Below, piece after piece: positions 45,051-60,047 of a stretch of 64,000 nt of DNA; positions within the stretch are counted from its first letter, which is position 1; each line of letters opens with the position of its first letter. Below the pieces are notes generated by a model that saw only the letters and a list, made by a program, of their open reading frames with translations, did not search any database and was not told where the DNA came from. A program made the translations under genes and the position numbers. The stretch comes from Eledone cirrhosa (Eukaryota), in assembly GCA_964016885.1 (NCBI GenBank), contig OZ024751.1, positions 45,756,001 to 45,820,000 on the forward strand, given 5' to 3'.

Positions 45051-45546
45051 TGTTTCTTTATTAGCCACAGGGGCACAAAAGAAGGGGACAAATACAAAGG
45101 GGGAAGTTTACATACAATAAAAACGTGTAAAATACTATCACAAATGCAATTTAAAAGTTAATCGATTTTCCCCAATAGGGGGACCATTACATGTGGGTAA
45201 CACATACCTCCGAAAAAATGTGCAACCCTCATCTCCAGGAGTACGAAGAGTTTGTACCCCTTTCCTCTCTTCCTCTTTTTCCTCAACCTACAGGTTGATA
45301 TAGAGAGAAGGCCCATTCACTGGGGCCATTCTCGCCACTTTCACCCACCTTTCATAAAACTTTCTGGGGTACAGCACCTCTCTCTCCATCCTGATTCTTC
45401 TTCCAAAGTGGTATTTGAAAAAAAGAATCAGTTGTTGGCCAGAGAGAAAGGTGCCTGACCTCAGCCCTTTTAACCTCGTCCACCATACAACCTCTTTCGC
45501 CATAGCTATCACACAAAGGAAAACCGCCTCTCCTTCGTTTTTGAAG
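45051..45546 (-). mobile_element. 5'-truncated L1/Tx1-type LINE (ORF2 C-terminus + 3' UTR) in (GATA)n
   Basis: Open frame AVFLCVIAMAKEVVWWTR..FFKYHFGRRIRMERE..KFYERW fits the L1/Tx1 C-terminal pattern K..vW..R / F...W. Ends aataaagaaacata(tcta)n. Confidence 0.6.
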
Positions 45547-45697
45547 GATAGATAGATCATGCAAGATTATTATATACATTGTATACACACACACACAGAT
45601 AGATAGATAGACATGCAAGGTTATATAAACTTATATGCACACACATACACATACATATATATATAGAAAGAGAGAGAGACGCACACACACACACACA

Positions 45698-45722
<25 letters not shown>

Positions 45723-45728
<6 letters not shown>

Positions 45729-45911
45729 TTAACCCCGACTGCAGAGCTCAAGCCGTTTCGACGGCTATTTCTGGACTCCAGAAATAGCCGTCGAAACGGC
45801 TTGGGGTCTGCAGTCGGGGTTAAACATTTTCCTATTACCCATTCTACTACCCTAAGTATTGAATAATTTGGTGCGTTGTGGTCCATCTGGTTCCTTACCA
45901 CACCTCATTCG

Positions 45912-45912
<1 letters not shown>
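45723..45912 (+). mobile_element. Miniature hairpin element, third copy (~52-bp arms + extension)
   Basis: aaatgtttaaccccgactgcagagctcaagccgtttcgacggctatttctgga c tccagaaatagccgtcgaaacggcttggggtctgcagtcggggttaaacattt plus the shared tail. Confidence 0.7.
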
Positions 45913-45953
<41 letters not shown>

Positions 45954-46649
45954 CATGCAAGGTTATGTACATTTATTGGTACACATGTATACACTTACCT
46001 ACCACAATACACCAGAGTACATCAATACAAACAACACAACACAGACCACACCATCAACAGTAGGTGCTCTCGTCAGTACTCTATACATCAAGTAGTGGTG
46101 GTGTCAGGACTCTATGCAACAACAGTAGATGGTGTTGTTGTCAGTGCTCTATACATCAACAGTAGATGATGATGGTGGTGGTGCTGTCGTTAGTACTCTA
46201 TACAACAACAGTAGGTGGTGGTGTCAGTACTCTATACATCAAGTGTAAGTAAGGAGCTGTATAGAAGAAAGCTAAGTTAAAAGTCCCTTTATCTCTATCT
46301 TTAAGTATGTCTGATTAAATCTAAGTTAATACATAACTTTTTAACTAACTTGAGATATGTTGTCTCACTAGCTGATAAAATAACTTCTCAATGAACCAAC
46401 ACTTTATATACACACATACATGTGTATATATATACACACACACATACATGTATGTATGTGTAAATATATACACATACATATGTTTATATATACACACACA
46501 TACATGTATGTATGTGTAAATATATACACATACATATGTATATATATACACACATACATGTATGCATGTGTAAATATATACACATACATATGTGTGTGTG
46601 TGTGTCTGTATATAATCGTAATTTAACATATAGGCACAGCAGCACTCCA

Positions 46650-47335
46650 CCGCTTCACCTCCTCACTTCACAAACACCACCACCACTCCACCGCCATACT
46701 TCACTACAACCACCACCATCACCGCCTCATTTTACCACGACTCCACCGCCTCACTCTACCACCTCCACCATCGCCTCACTTCACCACCACCATCACCGCC
46801 TCACTTCACCACCACCATCACCGCCTCACTTCACCACCTCCACCATCGCCTCACTTCACCACCACCATCACCGCCTCACTTCACCACCTCCACCATCGCC
46901 TCACTTCACCACCACCATCACCGCCTCACTTCACCACCACCATCACCGCCTCACTTCACCACCTCCACCATCGCCTCACTTCACCACCACCATCACCGCC
47001 TCACTTCACCACCTCCACCATCGCCTCACTTCACCACCTCCACCGCCTCACTTCACCACCTCCACCGCCTCACTTCACCATCACCACCTCCACCGCCTCA
47101 CTTCACCACCACCATCACCGCCTCACTTCACCCCCCCCCCCATTTACCACCGCCTCACTTCACCACCTCCACCGCCTCACTTCATCACCTCCACCACCAC
47201 CACTCCACGTCAACTATCGCCTCACTTCACCACCTCCACCACCACCACCACCACTCCACCGCCTCACTTTACCACCGCCATCACCGCCTCACTTCACCAC
47301 CACCACCACTCCACCAACCACCGCCACCGCCATTA
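46650..47335. repeat. Cryptic ~21-24-bp minisatellite (caccgcctcacttcaccacc..)
   Basis: Seen directly in the sequence. Confidence 0.9.
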
Positions 47336-47451
47336 CCATCAACATTTGTCACACATACCAACATTTAAAGAGAAATAAATGTGTTTGTAGGTGTGATTGT
47401 TTTGTTTAATTTGTGTGGATGTAAAAATGCACATATGTGCATGTAGGTGTG

Positions 47452-47528
<77 letters not shown>

Positions 47529-47595
47529 GTGTGTGTGTGTGTATTTCTGACACTTAACTGAGATGATTGATGGTCTGTGGACTGTGGTGGGCTGT

Positions 47596-48426
47596 GGTGC
47601 ACTGTGGTCTGAGACTGACCCACATTGATCTGGTACCTATCACTGACAGCTAGGTGGACTGTAGTCTGAGACTGACCCACATTGATCTGGTACCTATCAC
47701 TGACAGCTAGGTGGACTGTGGTCTGAGACTGACCCACATTGATCTGGTACCTATCACTGACAGCTAGGTGGACTGTAGTCTGAGACTGACCCACATTGAT
47801 CTGATACCTACCACTGACAGCTAGGTGGACTGTAGTCTGAGACTGACCCACATTGATCTGGTACCTATCACTGACAGCTAGGTGCACTGTGGTCTGAGAC
47901 TGACCCACATTGATCTGGTACCTATCACTGACAGCTAGGTGCACTGTGGTCTGAGACTGACCCACATTGATCTGGTACCTATCACTGACAGCTAGGTGGA
48001 CTGTAGTCTGAGACTGACCCACATTGATCTGGTACCTATCACTGACAGCTAGGTGCACTGTGGTCTGAGACTGACCCACATTGATCTGATACCTATCACT
48101 GACAGCTAGGTGCACTGTGGTCTGAGACTGACCCACATTGATCTGGTACCTATCACTGACAGCTAGGTGGACTGTGGTCTGAGACTGACCCACATTGATC
48201 TGGTACCTATCACTGACAGCTAGGTGCACTGTGGTCTGAGACTGACCCACATTGATCTGGTACCTACCACTGACAGCTAGGTGGACTGTGGTCTGAGACT
48301 GACCCACATTGATCTGGTACCTATCACTGACAGCTAGGTGGACTGTGGTCTGAGACTGACCCACATTGATCTGATACCTACCACTGACAGCTAGGTGGAC
48401 TGAGGTCTGAGACTGGACTGTGGTCT
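47596..48426. repeat. 57-bp satellite, about 14.5 copies
   Basis: Unit gtggactgtggtctgagactgacccacattgatctggtacctatcactgacagctag. Confidence 0.97.
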
Positions 48427-48778
48427 GTCCTATCATAGATAGTGCCTAGTTTTGTGACATAACTCCCCATACTGTAACAGTTAGGTTTGTTACACGACTA
48501 CCGTTATCACAGTTAGTACTTTAGTTGTGACATAACTACTCTAGTGTTTCTTGTGTTACAGTTAGCACCTTAACATAGCTTTGTGACTGTGACATGACTG
48601 ATAACGTAACCACTCTTGTTACAGGGAGGACCAAGTTTAGTGACTAGAGACTTATCTAACCTAGTTAGTATCTCATTACACTTAATGTCTCATTTTTGTG
48701 ACTGTATGTGATAAGCCGACCAGCCCAGGAAAGCCAATAGTCTTGCATCGTCTCATGTCACATCCGTCTCTCTACCGT

Positions 48779-48850
<72 letters not shown>

Positions 48851-49126
48851 GGTTGGGGGTGCGAGGCGAAACAAGTTCTTCCGTTACATTATTTCACAAA
48901 CAAGTGTCGAATTCATATGAAACATGACCAGCCCATATGTCGCATACGTTTAGCTATTAAGTGGTATAATTTTTTGCTCGCGGAGATAATTAGCGCAAAA
49001 AGAAGTCTATTTGGTAAATAATAATAACAATAACAACAATAATAAACTTTCAGCCAGTCTGCAATTGTCAGCTGCAGTAATATCTGGGGCATTATCACAG
49101 CCATTGACAGAATTATAACTCACACA

Positions 49127-50750
<1,624 letters not shown>

Positions 50751-50892
50751 TGAGGGAAAACAATGAAAAAAAAACACTAGAAAAAAATGAAGGGAAAAGT
50801 AAAGAAGAAAAGAAAGAATTTGTTAACGGATCTCCTGATTTTGTTGTGTCTTTGTATATTTCTGTTTTACATTGGAATAAACTGTATATATA

Positions 50893-51437
50893 ACACACAG
50901 ACAGAAACTAACACATATATACTAACACACAGACAGAAGCTAACACATATACTAACACACAGACAGAAGCTAACACATATACTAACACACAGACAGAAGC
51001 TAACACATATATACTAATACGCACACAGACAAACTAACACACACACATATATACTAACACACACACACACACACATATATACTAACACATATATACTAAC
51101 ACACAGACAAACTAACGTATATATACTAACACACAGACAAACTAACACATAGATACTAACACACAGACAAACTAACACATATATATACTAACACACAGAC
51201 AAACTAACACATATATATACTAACACACAGACAAACTAGCACATATATACTAACACACAGACAAACTAACACATATATACTAACACACAGACAAACTAAC
51301 ACATATATATACTAACACACAGACAAACTAACACATATATATATACTAACACACAGACAAACTAACACACACACACATATATACTAACACATATATACTA
51401 ACACACAGACAAACTAACACATATATACTAACACACA
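50893..51437. repeat. ~27-30-bp minisatellite (cacacagacaaactaacacatatatactaa)
   Basis: Seen directly in the sequence. Confidence 0.9.
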
Positions 51438-51859
51438 GGCATTAACAAAGATGGGAGGGAAAGGGGGGTGAGGGTTTGGTGATGAATCTTTCATTTCTTA
51501 TCTTATGTACTCACATATACGAAGGGGGAAACTGAGGCTGCTAGCTGAAAGATAATGAAGCTATATTAGTAATTTGTAATCTAATATTGTGCATAATTCT
51601 GTGGTTTCCGAAGCCGAAATAGCAAGTGGCGATGATGGTGGTGGTGGTGAGGGTGGTGATAGTGGCAATGGTGATGATGATGATGATGGTGGTAACAATG
51701 GTGGTGGTGATAGTGATAGTGTTGGTGATTGTAACAATGTTGGTGGTGGTGGTGGTGGTGGTGGCGGGTGAGAGCAGGCAGTCTTCTGAATTTCAAGGAA
51801 GTAGGAACTGATTCTTTAGACAGATTAAAACAGCAGCATGTAGTTACATACATATATAA

Positions 51860-51910
<51 letters not shown>

Positions 51911-52005
51911 GTATCTGTGTTATGTATTTTGTGTATACACACACAGGTAAGTCTTCCTTTGGACTTTAGCACACAGCTGACTACAGAAACCACAGCCATA
52001 AGCAG

Positions 52006-52083
<78 letters not shown>

Positions 52084-52115
52084 CATATGTGCGTGAGTAT
52101 TTGCATGTATGTAAA

Positions 52116-52213
<98 letters not shown>

Positions 52214-52214
52214 C

Positions 52215-52247
<33 letters not shown>

Positions 52248-52278
52248 CATGTGTGCGTGAGTATTTGCATGTATGTAA

Positions 52279-52388
<110 letters not shown>

Positions 52389-52483
52389 GTACCTATATAT
52401 AAGCCAAGGATGGGTAGGTTGAGGATGAGAGAAGGTAGTGAAGTACAAAGAAACTATATTGAGCTTTCTCTGGCAGTATTAGA

Positions 52484-52601
52484 TATGTCAGGTCTCTCTT
52501 GAGTGCTACTGGTAACATGTAAACCAGTGCAACCTGTCGCATGGTCGGATCGTCGGCGACTAAACTGGCAACCCCACCAAGTTTACTTAGTGAGGAAGGT
52601 G
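52484..52601 (+). mobile_element. 5'-end fragment of the bipartite RTE derivative
   Basis: Homologous to the reverse complement of 61635-61752. Confidence 0.7.
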
Positions 52602-52959
52602 ATAGTGGTGATGGTGGTGGTGTTGTGATAGAAGTGGTGGTGGTGTTGTGGAGTTCTTCGTAGTGGTGTTGGCGGTACTATTCGTAGTAGTTGTTGTCGT
52701 GGTGGTGTTTGAGGTGTGGTGGTTGTAATGAGGATAGTGCTCACTTGTGGCTCGAGTAACAGTGTTTGTTCTGAAGGTGGTGTTAGTGTTATGCTAGTAG
52801 TTATGATAGTCGGATGGTGTTAGTGGTGGTTATGGTGGTTGTGAACTTGTCTTGGTGGTAGCCGTGTTTCAGATTGTTGTATTAATGTATAAAATCCAGA
52901 TTAAATTTTGGTGATGGGAAAGGCATCGAATATTTATAACCATGCGAGACAACAGTAAT

Positions 52960-55900
52960 AGGTACCAGATCAATGCAGTCCAGTCTCAGACCACAGTCCA
53001 CCTAGCTGTCAGTGATAGGTGCCAGATCAATGTGGCCTAGTCTCAGACCATAGTCCACCACAGTCCCCCTAGATGTCAGTGGTACCAGATCAATATAGTC
53101 CAGTCTCCGACCACAGTCCACCTAGCTGTCAGTGGTACCAGATCAATATAGTCCAGTCTCCGACCACAGTCCACCTAGCTGTCAGTGGTACCAGATCAAT
53201 GTGCTTGTCTCAGACCACAGTCCACCTAGCTGTCAGTAGTACCAGATCAATGTGCTTCTGTCTCAGACCACAGTCCACCTAGCTGTCAGTAGTACCAGAT
53301 CAATGTGCTTCTGTCTCAGACCACAGTCCACCTAGCTGTCAGTAGTACCAGATCAATGTGCTTCTGTCTCAGACCACAGTCCACCTAGCTGTCAGTAGTA
53401 CCAGATCAATGTGCTTCTGTCTCAGACCACAGTCCACCTAGCTGTCAGTTGTACCAGATTAATGTGCTTCTGTCTCAGACCACAGTCCACCTAGCTGTCA
53501 GTAGTACCAGATCAATGTGCTTCTGTCTCAGACCACAGTCCACCTAGCTGTCAGTAGTACCAGATTAATGTGCTTCTGTCTCAGACCACAGTCCACCTAG
53601 CTGTCAGTAGTACCAGATCAATGTGCTTCTGTCTCAGACCACAGTCCACCTAGCTGTCAGTATTACCAGATCAATGTGCTTCTGTCTCAGACCACAGTCC
53701 ACCTAGCTGTCAGTATTACCAGATCAATGTGCTTCTGTCTCAGACCACAGTCCACCTAGCTGTCAGTAGTACCAGACTAATGTACTTCTGTCTCAGACCA
53801 CAGTCCACCTAGCTGTCAGTATTACCAGATCAATGTGCTTCTGTCTCAGACCACAGTCCACCTAGCTGTCAGTAGTACCAGATCAATGTGCTTCTGTCTC
53901 AGACCACAGTCCACCTAGCTGTCAGTAGTACCAGATTAATGTGCTTCTGTCTCAGACCACAGTCCACCTAGCTGTCAGTATTACCAGATCAATGTGCTTC
54001 TGCCTCAGACCACAGTCCACCTAGCTGTCAGTAGTACCAGATCAATGTGCTTCTGTCTCAGACCACAGTCCACCTAGCTGTCAGTAGTACCAGATTAATG
54101 TGCTTCTGTCTCAGACCACAGTCCACCTAGCTGTCAGTAGTACCAGATCAATGTGCTTCTGTCTCAGACCACAGTCCACCTAGCTGTCAGTATTACCAGA
54201 TCAATGTGCTTCTGTCTCAGACCACAGTCCACCTAGCTGTCAGTATTACCAGATCAATGTGCTTCTGTCTCAGACCACAGTCCACCTAGCTGTCAGTAGT
54301 ACCAGACTAATGTGCTTCTGTCTCAGACCACAGTCCACCTAGCTGTCAGTAGTACCAGATCAATGTGCTTCTGTCTCAGACCACAGTCCACCTAGCTGTC
54401 AGTAGTACCAGATTAATGTGCTTCTGTCTCAGACCACAGTCCACCTAGCTGTCAGTATTACCAGATCAATGTGCTTCTGCCTCAGACCACAGTCCACCTA
54501 GCTGTCAGTAGTACCAGATCAATGTGCTTCTGTCTCAGACCACAGTCCACCTAGCTGTCAGTAGTACCAGATTAATGTGCTTCTGTCTCAGACCACAGTC
54601 CACCTAGCTGTCAGTAGTACCAGATTAATGTGCTTCTGTCTCAGACCACAGTCCACCTAGCTGTCAGTATTACCAGATCAATGTGCTTCTGTCTCAGACC
54701 ACAGTCCACCTAGCTGTCAGTAGTACCAGATCAATGTGCTTCTGTCTCAGACCACAGTCCACCTAGCTGTCAGTAGTACCAGATTAATGTGCTTCTGTCT
54801 CAGACCACAGTCCACCTAGCTGTCAGTAGTACCAGATCAATGTGCTTCTGTCTCAGACCACAGTCCACCTAGCTGTCAGTATTACCAGATCAATGTGCTT
54901 CTGTCTCAGACCACAGTCCACCTAGCTGTCAGTATTACCAGATCAATGTGCTTCTGTCTCAGACCACAGTCCACCTAGCTGTCAGTAGTACCAGACTAAT
55001 GTACTTCTGTCTCAGACCACAGTCCACCTAGCTGTCAGTATTACCAGATCAATGTGCTTCTGTCTCAGACCACAGTCCACCTAGCTGTCAGTAGTACCAG
55101 ATCAATGTGCTTCTGTCTCAGACCACAGTCCACCTAGCTGTCAGTAGTACCAGATTAATGTGCTTCTGTCTCAGACCACAGTCCACCTAGCTGTCAGTAT
55201 TACCAGATCAATGTGCTTCTGCCTCAGACCACAGTCCACCTAGCTGTCAGTAGTACCAGATCAATGTGCTTCTGTCTCAGACCACAGTCCACCTAGCTGT
55301 CAGTAGTACCAGATTAATGTGCTTCTGTCTCAGACCACAGTCCACCTAGCTGTCAGTAGTACCAGATCAATGTGCTTCTGTCTCAGACCACAGTCCACCT
55401 AGCTGTCAGTATTACCAGATCAATGTGCTTCTGTCTCAGACCACAGTCCACCTAGCTGTCAGTATTACCAGATCAATGTGCTTCTGTCTCAGACCACAGT
55501 CCACCTAGCTGTCAGTAGTACCAGACTAATGTGCTTCTGTCTCAGACCACAGTCCACCTAGCTGTCAGTAGTACCAGATCAATGTGCTTCTGTCTCAGAC
55601 CACAGTCCACCTAGCTGTCAGTAGTACCAGATTAATGTGCTTCTGTTTCAGACCACAGTCCACCTAGCTGTCAGTATTACCAGATCAATGTGCTTCTGCC
55701 TCAGACCACAGTCCACCTAGCTGTCAGTAGTACCAGATCAATGTGCTTCTGTCTCAGACCACAGTCCACCTAGCTGTCAGTAGTACCAGATTAATGTGCT
55801 TCTGTCTCAGACCACAGTCCACCTAGCTGTCAGTAGTACCAGATTAATGTGCTTCTGTCTCAGACCACAGTCCACCTAGCTGTCAGTATTACCAGATCAA

Positions 55901-56661
55901 TGTGCTTCTGCCTCAGACCACAGTCCACCTAGCTGTCAGTAGTACCAGATCAATGTGCTTCTGTCTCAGACCACAGTCCACCTAGCTGTCAGTAGTACCA
56001 GATTAATGTGCTTCTGTCTCAGACCACAGTCCACCTAGCTGTCAGTAGTACCAGATTAATGTGCTTCTGTCTCAGACCACAGTCCACCTAGCTATCAGTA
56101 TTACCAGATCAATGTGCTTCTGCCTCAGACCACAGTCCACCTAGCTGTCAGTAGTACCAGATCAATGTGCTTCTGTCTCAGACCACAGTCCACCTAGCTG
56201 TCAGTAGTACCAGATTAATGTGCTTCTGTCTCAGACCACAGTCCACCTAGCTGTCAGTAGTACCAGATCAATGTGCTTCTGTCTCAGACCACAGTCCACC
56301 TAGCTGTCAGTAGTACCAGATCAATGTGCTTCTGTCTCAGACCACAGTCCACCTAGCTGTCAGTAGTACCAGATTAATGTGCTTCTGTCTCAGACCACAG
56401 TCCACCTAGCTGTCAGTAGTACCAGATCAATGTGCTTCTGTCTCAGACCACAGTCCACCTAGCTGTCAGTAGTACCAGATTAATGTGCTTCTGTCTCAGA
56501 CCACAGTCCACCTAGCTGTCAGTAGTACCAGATCAATGTGCTTCTGTCTCAGACCACAGTCCACCTAGCTGTCAGTAGTACCAGATCAATGTGCTTCTGT
56601 CTCAGACCACAGTCCACCTAGCTGTCAGTAGTACCAGATCAATGTGCTTCTGTCTCAGACC
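52960..56661. repeat. 53-bp satellite, about 69 copies, inverted relative to the 57-bp array
   Basis: Unit gtctcagaccacagtccacctagctgtcagtagtaccagatcaatgtgcttct. Confidence 0.98.
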
Positions 56662-57107
56662 CCTATTGTCTAGCATCCTAAACCATACTACCCCACCACC
56701 TTACAATTACAACTATACCACCCCAGGTACACCACCATCACTATTATCAAACTAATATGTGTGTGTGGGGGGGGGGGAAGAAGGAAGATTATGAACAGCT
56801 ACAGTGGGAGGAGGAGGATACATGATAATTCTAATGACAATGGTTGTACTAAACCAGGAAATAACACTACTAAACTACTCTTCCTCCCCCCACTTGTCTG
56901 CTTGCCAGGGGGGGGGGGGGCTCTCTCCACTTATCTGTCACCCCCATCTCTACCCCCTATCTACTTCTATTGTTGTCTCCCTATACCTCCCTCCTCTCTG
57001 TCTAGTGTTCTACCTCCACCCTCTCTCTCCCCTTATCTCACAGTTGTTATAGCCTAGTTTGCACCTTTACAGCTGTAATAGGAAAATAATTACCTGGTCA
57101 TTAGTGG

Positions 57108-57208
<101 letters not shown>

Positions 57209-57417
57209 TAGAAATATATACATTATACATATATTATATATATATATACGCATGGAAATATATACATTACATATATATATATATATATATGTGTGTGTAA
57301 TGTATATACATACACGCATGGAAGTGTACACACACATACATATATATATATATACACACACACACATCTCACACTTCATAACCTCTTTCTGTTATACATA
57401 CATTCATACACACACAG

Positions 57418-57487
<70 letters not shown>

Positions 57488-57660
57488 ATATATGTATAAA
57501 GAGACACAACTACACACAATCTGGACGAGAGAGAGAGAGAGAGAGAGAGGAAGAGAATGGTGTGATGGAGATGGTGTGAGGTGTCAATTAGTGAAACAGA
57601 ATAGGAAGAGAGTAATTAAGCTATCGTTAATGTTATTAATGTATCACAATTATATATATA

Positions 57661-57725
<65 letters not shown>

Positions 57726-58086
57726 AAAAATTGAACGGGAACAAAACAGAGAGGCAGTACGAACAAAGGTTTATTAGTTTCACGCTCTTGAGAGTGGGGT
57801 GGTGGTATATATATATATATATATATATACATGTGTGTGTGGAGAGGGGGTCCAGAGTGATCGAGTATCAATGGATAGAGAAATTAACTGTTTGGGTGGG
57901 TTTCGTCATAGACACGTGTGTGTGTTTGTGTGTGTTTGTGTGTGTGTGTGTGTGGATATATATATACATATATGTACACACATGTCTACATATATGTACA
58001 CATATGTATACATATATTATGTACACAGTTGTATATACACACACACATATCATTATCATCTAAGGTCCGCTTTCCCAAACATTTAT

Positions 58087-58158
<72 letters not shown>

Positions 58159-58365
58159 TAGTAGTCTACCAATAATGGTTAGTTGATCTGCTAGACATAC
58201 CAACCAAATCTATCATATTACACTGGTGTTTTACAAAAAGGGAAGGACATTGACTAATGTAGTCACAAATGTCGGAAAAATTAAAGATGTGATAGTCATA
58301 GTTGGAAAGCTTTTGAAGATTGGTAAACATGCTCCTGTACTCCTGTACGCTCTAGATCAGCTGGA

Positions 58366-58512
58366 TAACCTAGGTCAACTTAACCCTGTATGACCTAGGT
58401 CAACTGGACCTTGTACGACCTAAGTCAGCTTGATTTTGTATGACCTAGGTCAACTGGATCTTGTGTGACCTAGGTCAGCTTGATCCTCTACGACCTAGGT
58501 CAACTGGATCCT
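58366..58512. repeat. 25-bp tandem repeat, 6 copies, with palindrome TGACCTAGGTCA
   Basis: The motif recurs at about 58368, 58391, 58417, 58441, 58466 and 58491. Confidence 0.85.
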
Positions 58513-58549
58513 GGGTGACAATGGGCTGGATATTAACAGACACGACAAA

Positions 58550-58932
58550 AGGCGCCCGATCCACCCTGTAAGGTGGTCGCGCTGGTGACAAAATGAAAAA
58601 GTACCCAGTCCAACCTGTCAGGCGGTCGTGTTGGTGACATGACAAAATGCACCCTGTCCACCATGTATGGTGGTGGTGTTGGTGAGATGATGAAAAAAAC
58701 CCAGACAACCTGTCAGTCGGTCATTTTGGTACCACGATAAAAAGCACCCAGTCCACACTATAAATGTGGTTGGCGTTAGGAAGGACATCCAGTCGTAGAA
58801 ACCAAGCCAGAAACAGTTCTATATGAGTAAGATACGGTCACCTGATCTGACTTGTCTCACTACTAGACAACTTGTCTAACCCAGGTAGCGTGGACAAATG
58901 GATGATAAACGTTGATGATGATGATGATGATG

Positions 58933-58934
<2 letters not shown>
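58550..58934 (+). mobile_element. SINE family C with an internally reiterated ~45-bp segment and a (GAT)n tail
   Basis: Repeated ggtgaca..aaaa.gcacccagtcca units, then ggttggcgttaggaaggacatccag...gatgatgat. Confidence 0.7.
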
Positions 58935-58975
<41 letters not shown>

Positions 58976-58979
<4 letters not shown>

Positions 58980-59352
58980 GAGTTAAACAAGATTCAATGA
59001 GTACATCAAAGAATGAGTTTTACAGTAGATTGGAAGCACTCTACAGTAAAAATAATTTTCCTGAGTTATTAATATTAAAATACAAATATTAATAAAATAG
59101 ATGTTCTTTTGATCAATTAAATTTTATTATACATATTTCAGAGGTACAACAGTACGTCCTCATGAGACAAAATATAATGATACATGACATACCCAGAGAT
59201 GTTAAATCGTTAAGATTTAGTCAAGGTAACTACCTTGATTAAATCTTATGTATCATTATATTTTGTCTGATGAGGACGTACTGTTGTACCTCTGAAATAT
59301 GTATAATAAAATTTAATTGATCAAAAGAACATCTATTTTATTAATATTTGTA

Positions 59353-59361
<9 letters not shown>
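58976..59361. mobile_element. PLE pLTR-like insertion with ~113-bp inverted arms in (TA)n
   Basis: 59072-59185 is the reverse complement of 59248-59361 with one visible mismatch; there is a unique extension at 58976-59070. Confidence 0.75.
59260..59312 (+). ncRNA. Minimal type I hammerhead ribozyme (AUA triplet)
   Basis: attttgt CTGATGA ggacgtac tgtt gtacctct GAAA tatgtATA ataaaat. Confidence 0.75.
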
Positions 59362-59414
<53 letters not shown>

Positions 59415-59415
<1 letters not shown>

Positions 59416-59960
59416 TGGCTGCCAACTCGTTTTCGAGTACGGCCACTACTTTATATCCATGTAGGAGAACCCTTACCGATGCGCTAAACAAGTGTGACTT
59501 TTTAGTCCAGCCAGCGACTTGAAAACTCTACAAACACTACACCTGTGACAATTATTGACACATAGTGCTGGGCCCATGGTACCATGTAACGACAAGTGCA
59601 GAGAGATCTCCAGATATAAAGCAATGCCTGTGCCGTGAAGCTTTTATAGTGAGCAAAGGCACTGCACAAAGCCAGTCCCACTCTCTTAACCAAGATGATA
59701 TTTACCAAAAAGAAGAACAAGTCAACATCATTGGATACCATCAGGGTTGCAGGTGTTATATCAGAGTTTTCCTTCTCCTAGAATTATGCCTTGACAAAGG
59801 CTAAGGGATCATCTCTCCCGGTGATTTTGGATGGCCATTGACTCTTAAGAGCTCCTTTGCCCTTTGACAGGTTTTGTTTTTAGTCCTGCAGGATGTCCAA
59901 AGTCACCCTCATCACCAAGAAACCTTGGTGGGGTTGCCAGTTTAGTCGTCAACGACCCGA
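59415..59960 (-). mobile_element. Non-autonomous bipartite RTE derivative, copy A (slightly 5'-truncated)
   Basis: Has the RTE 5'UTR motif ctaggagaaggaaaactctga plus a 3'-terminal C2H2 coding remnant; highly similar to 61145-61690. Confidence 0.75.
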
Positions 59961-60047
59961 CATACATACATACATACATACATACATACATACATACATA
60001 CATACATACATACATACATACATACATACATACATACATACATACAT

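Noticed and set aside
47339-48436. 365-aa ORF of 19-aa repeats
   Set aside because: It results from a 57-bp (3n) unit; the sister array has a 53-bp frameshifting unit, so there is no sign of coding constraint.
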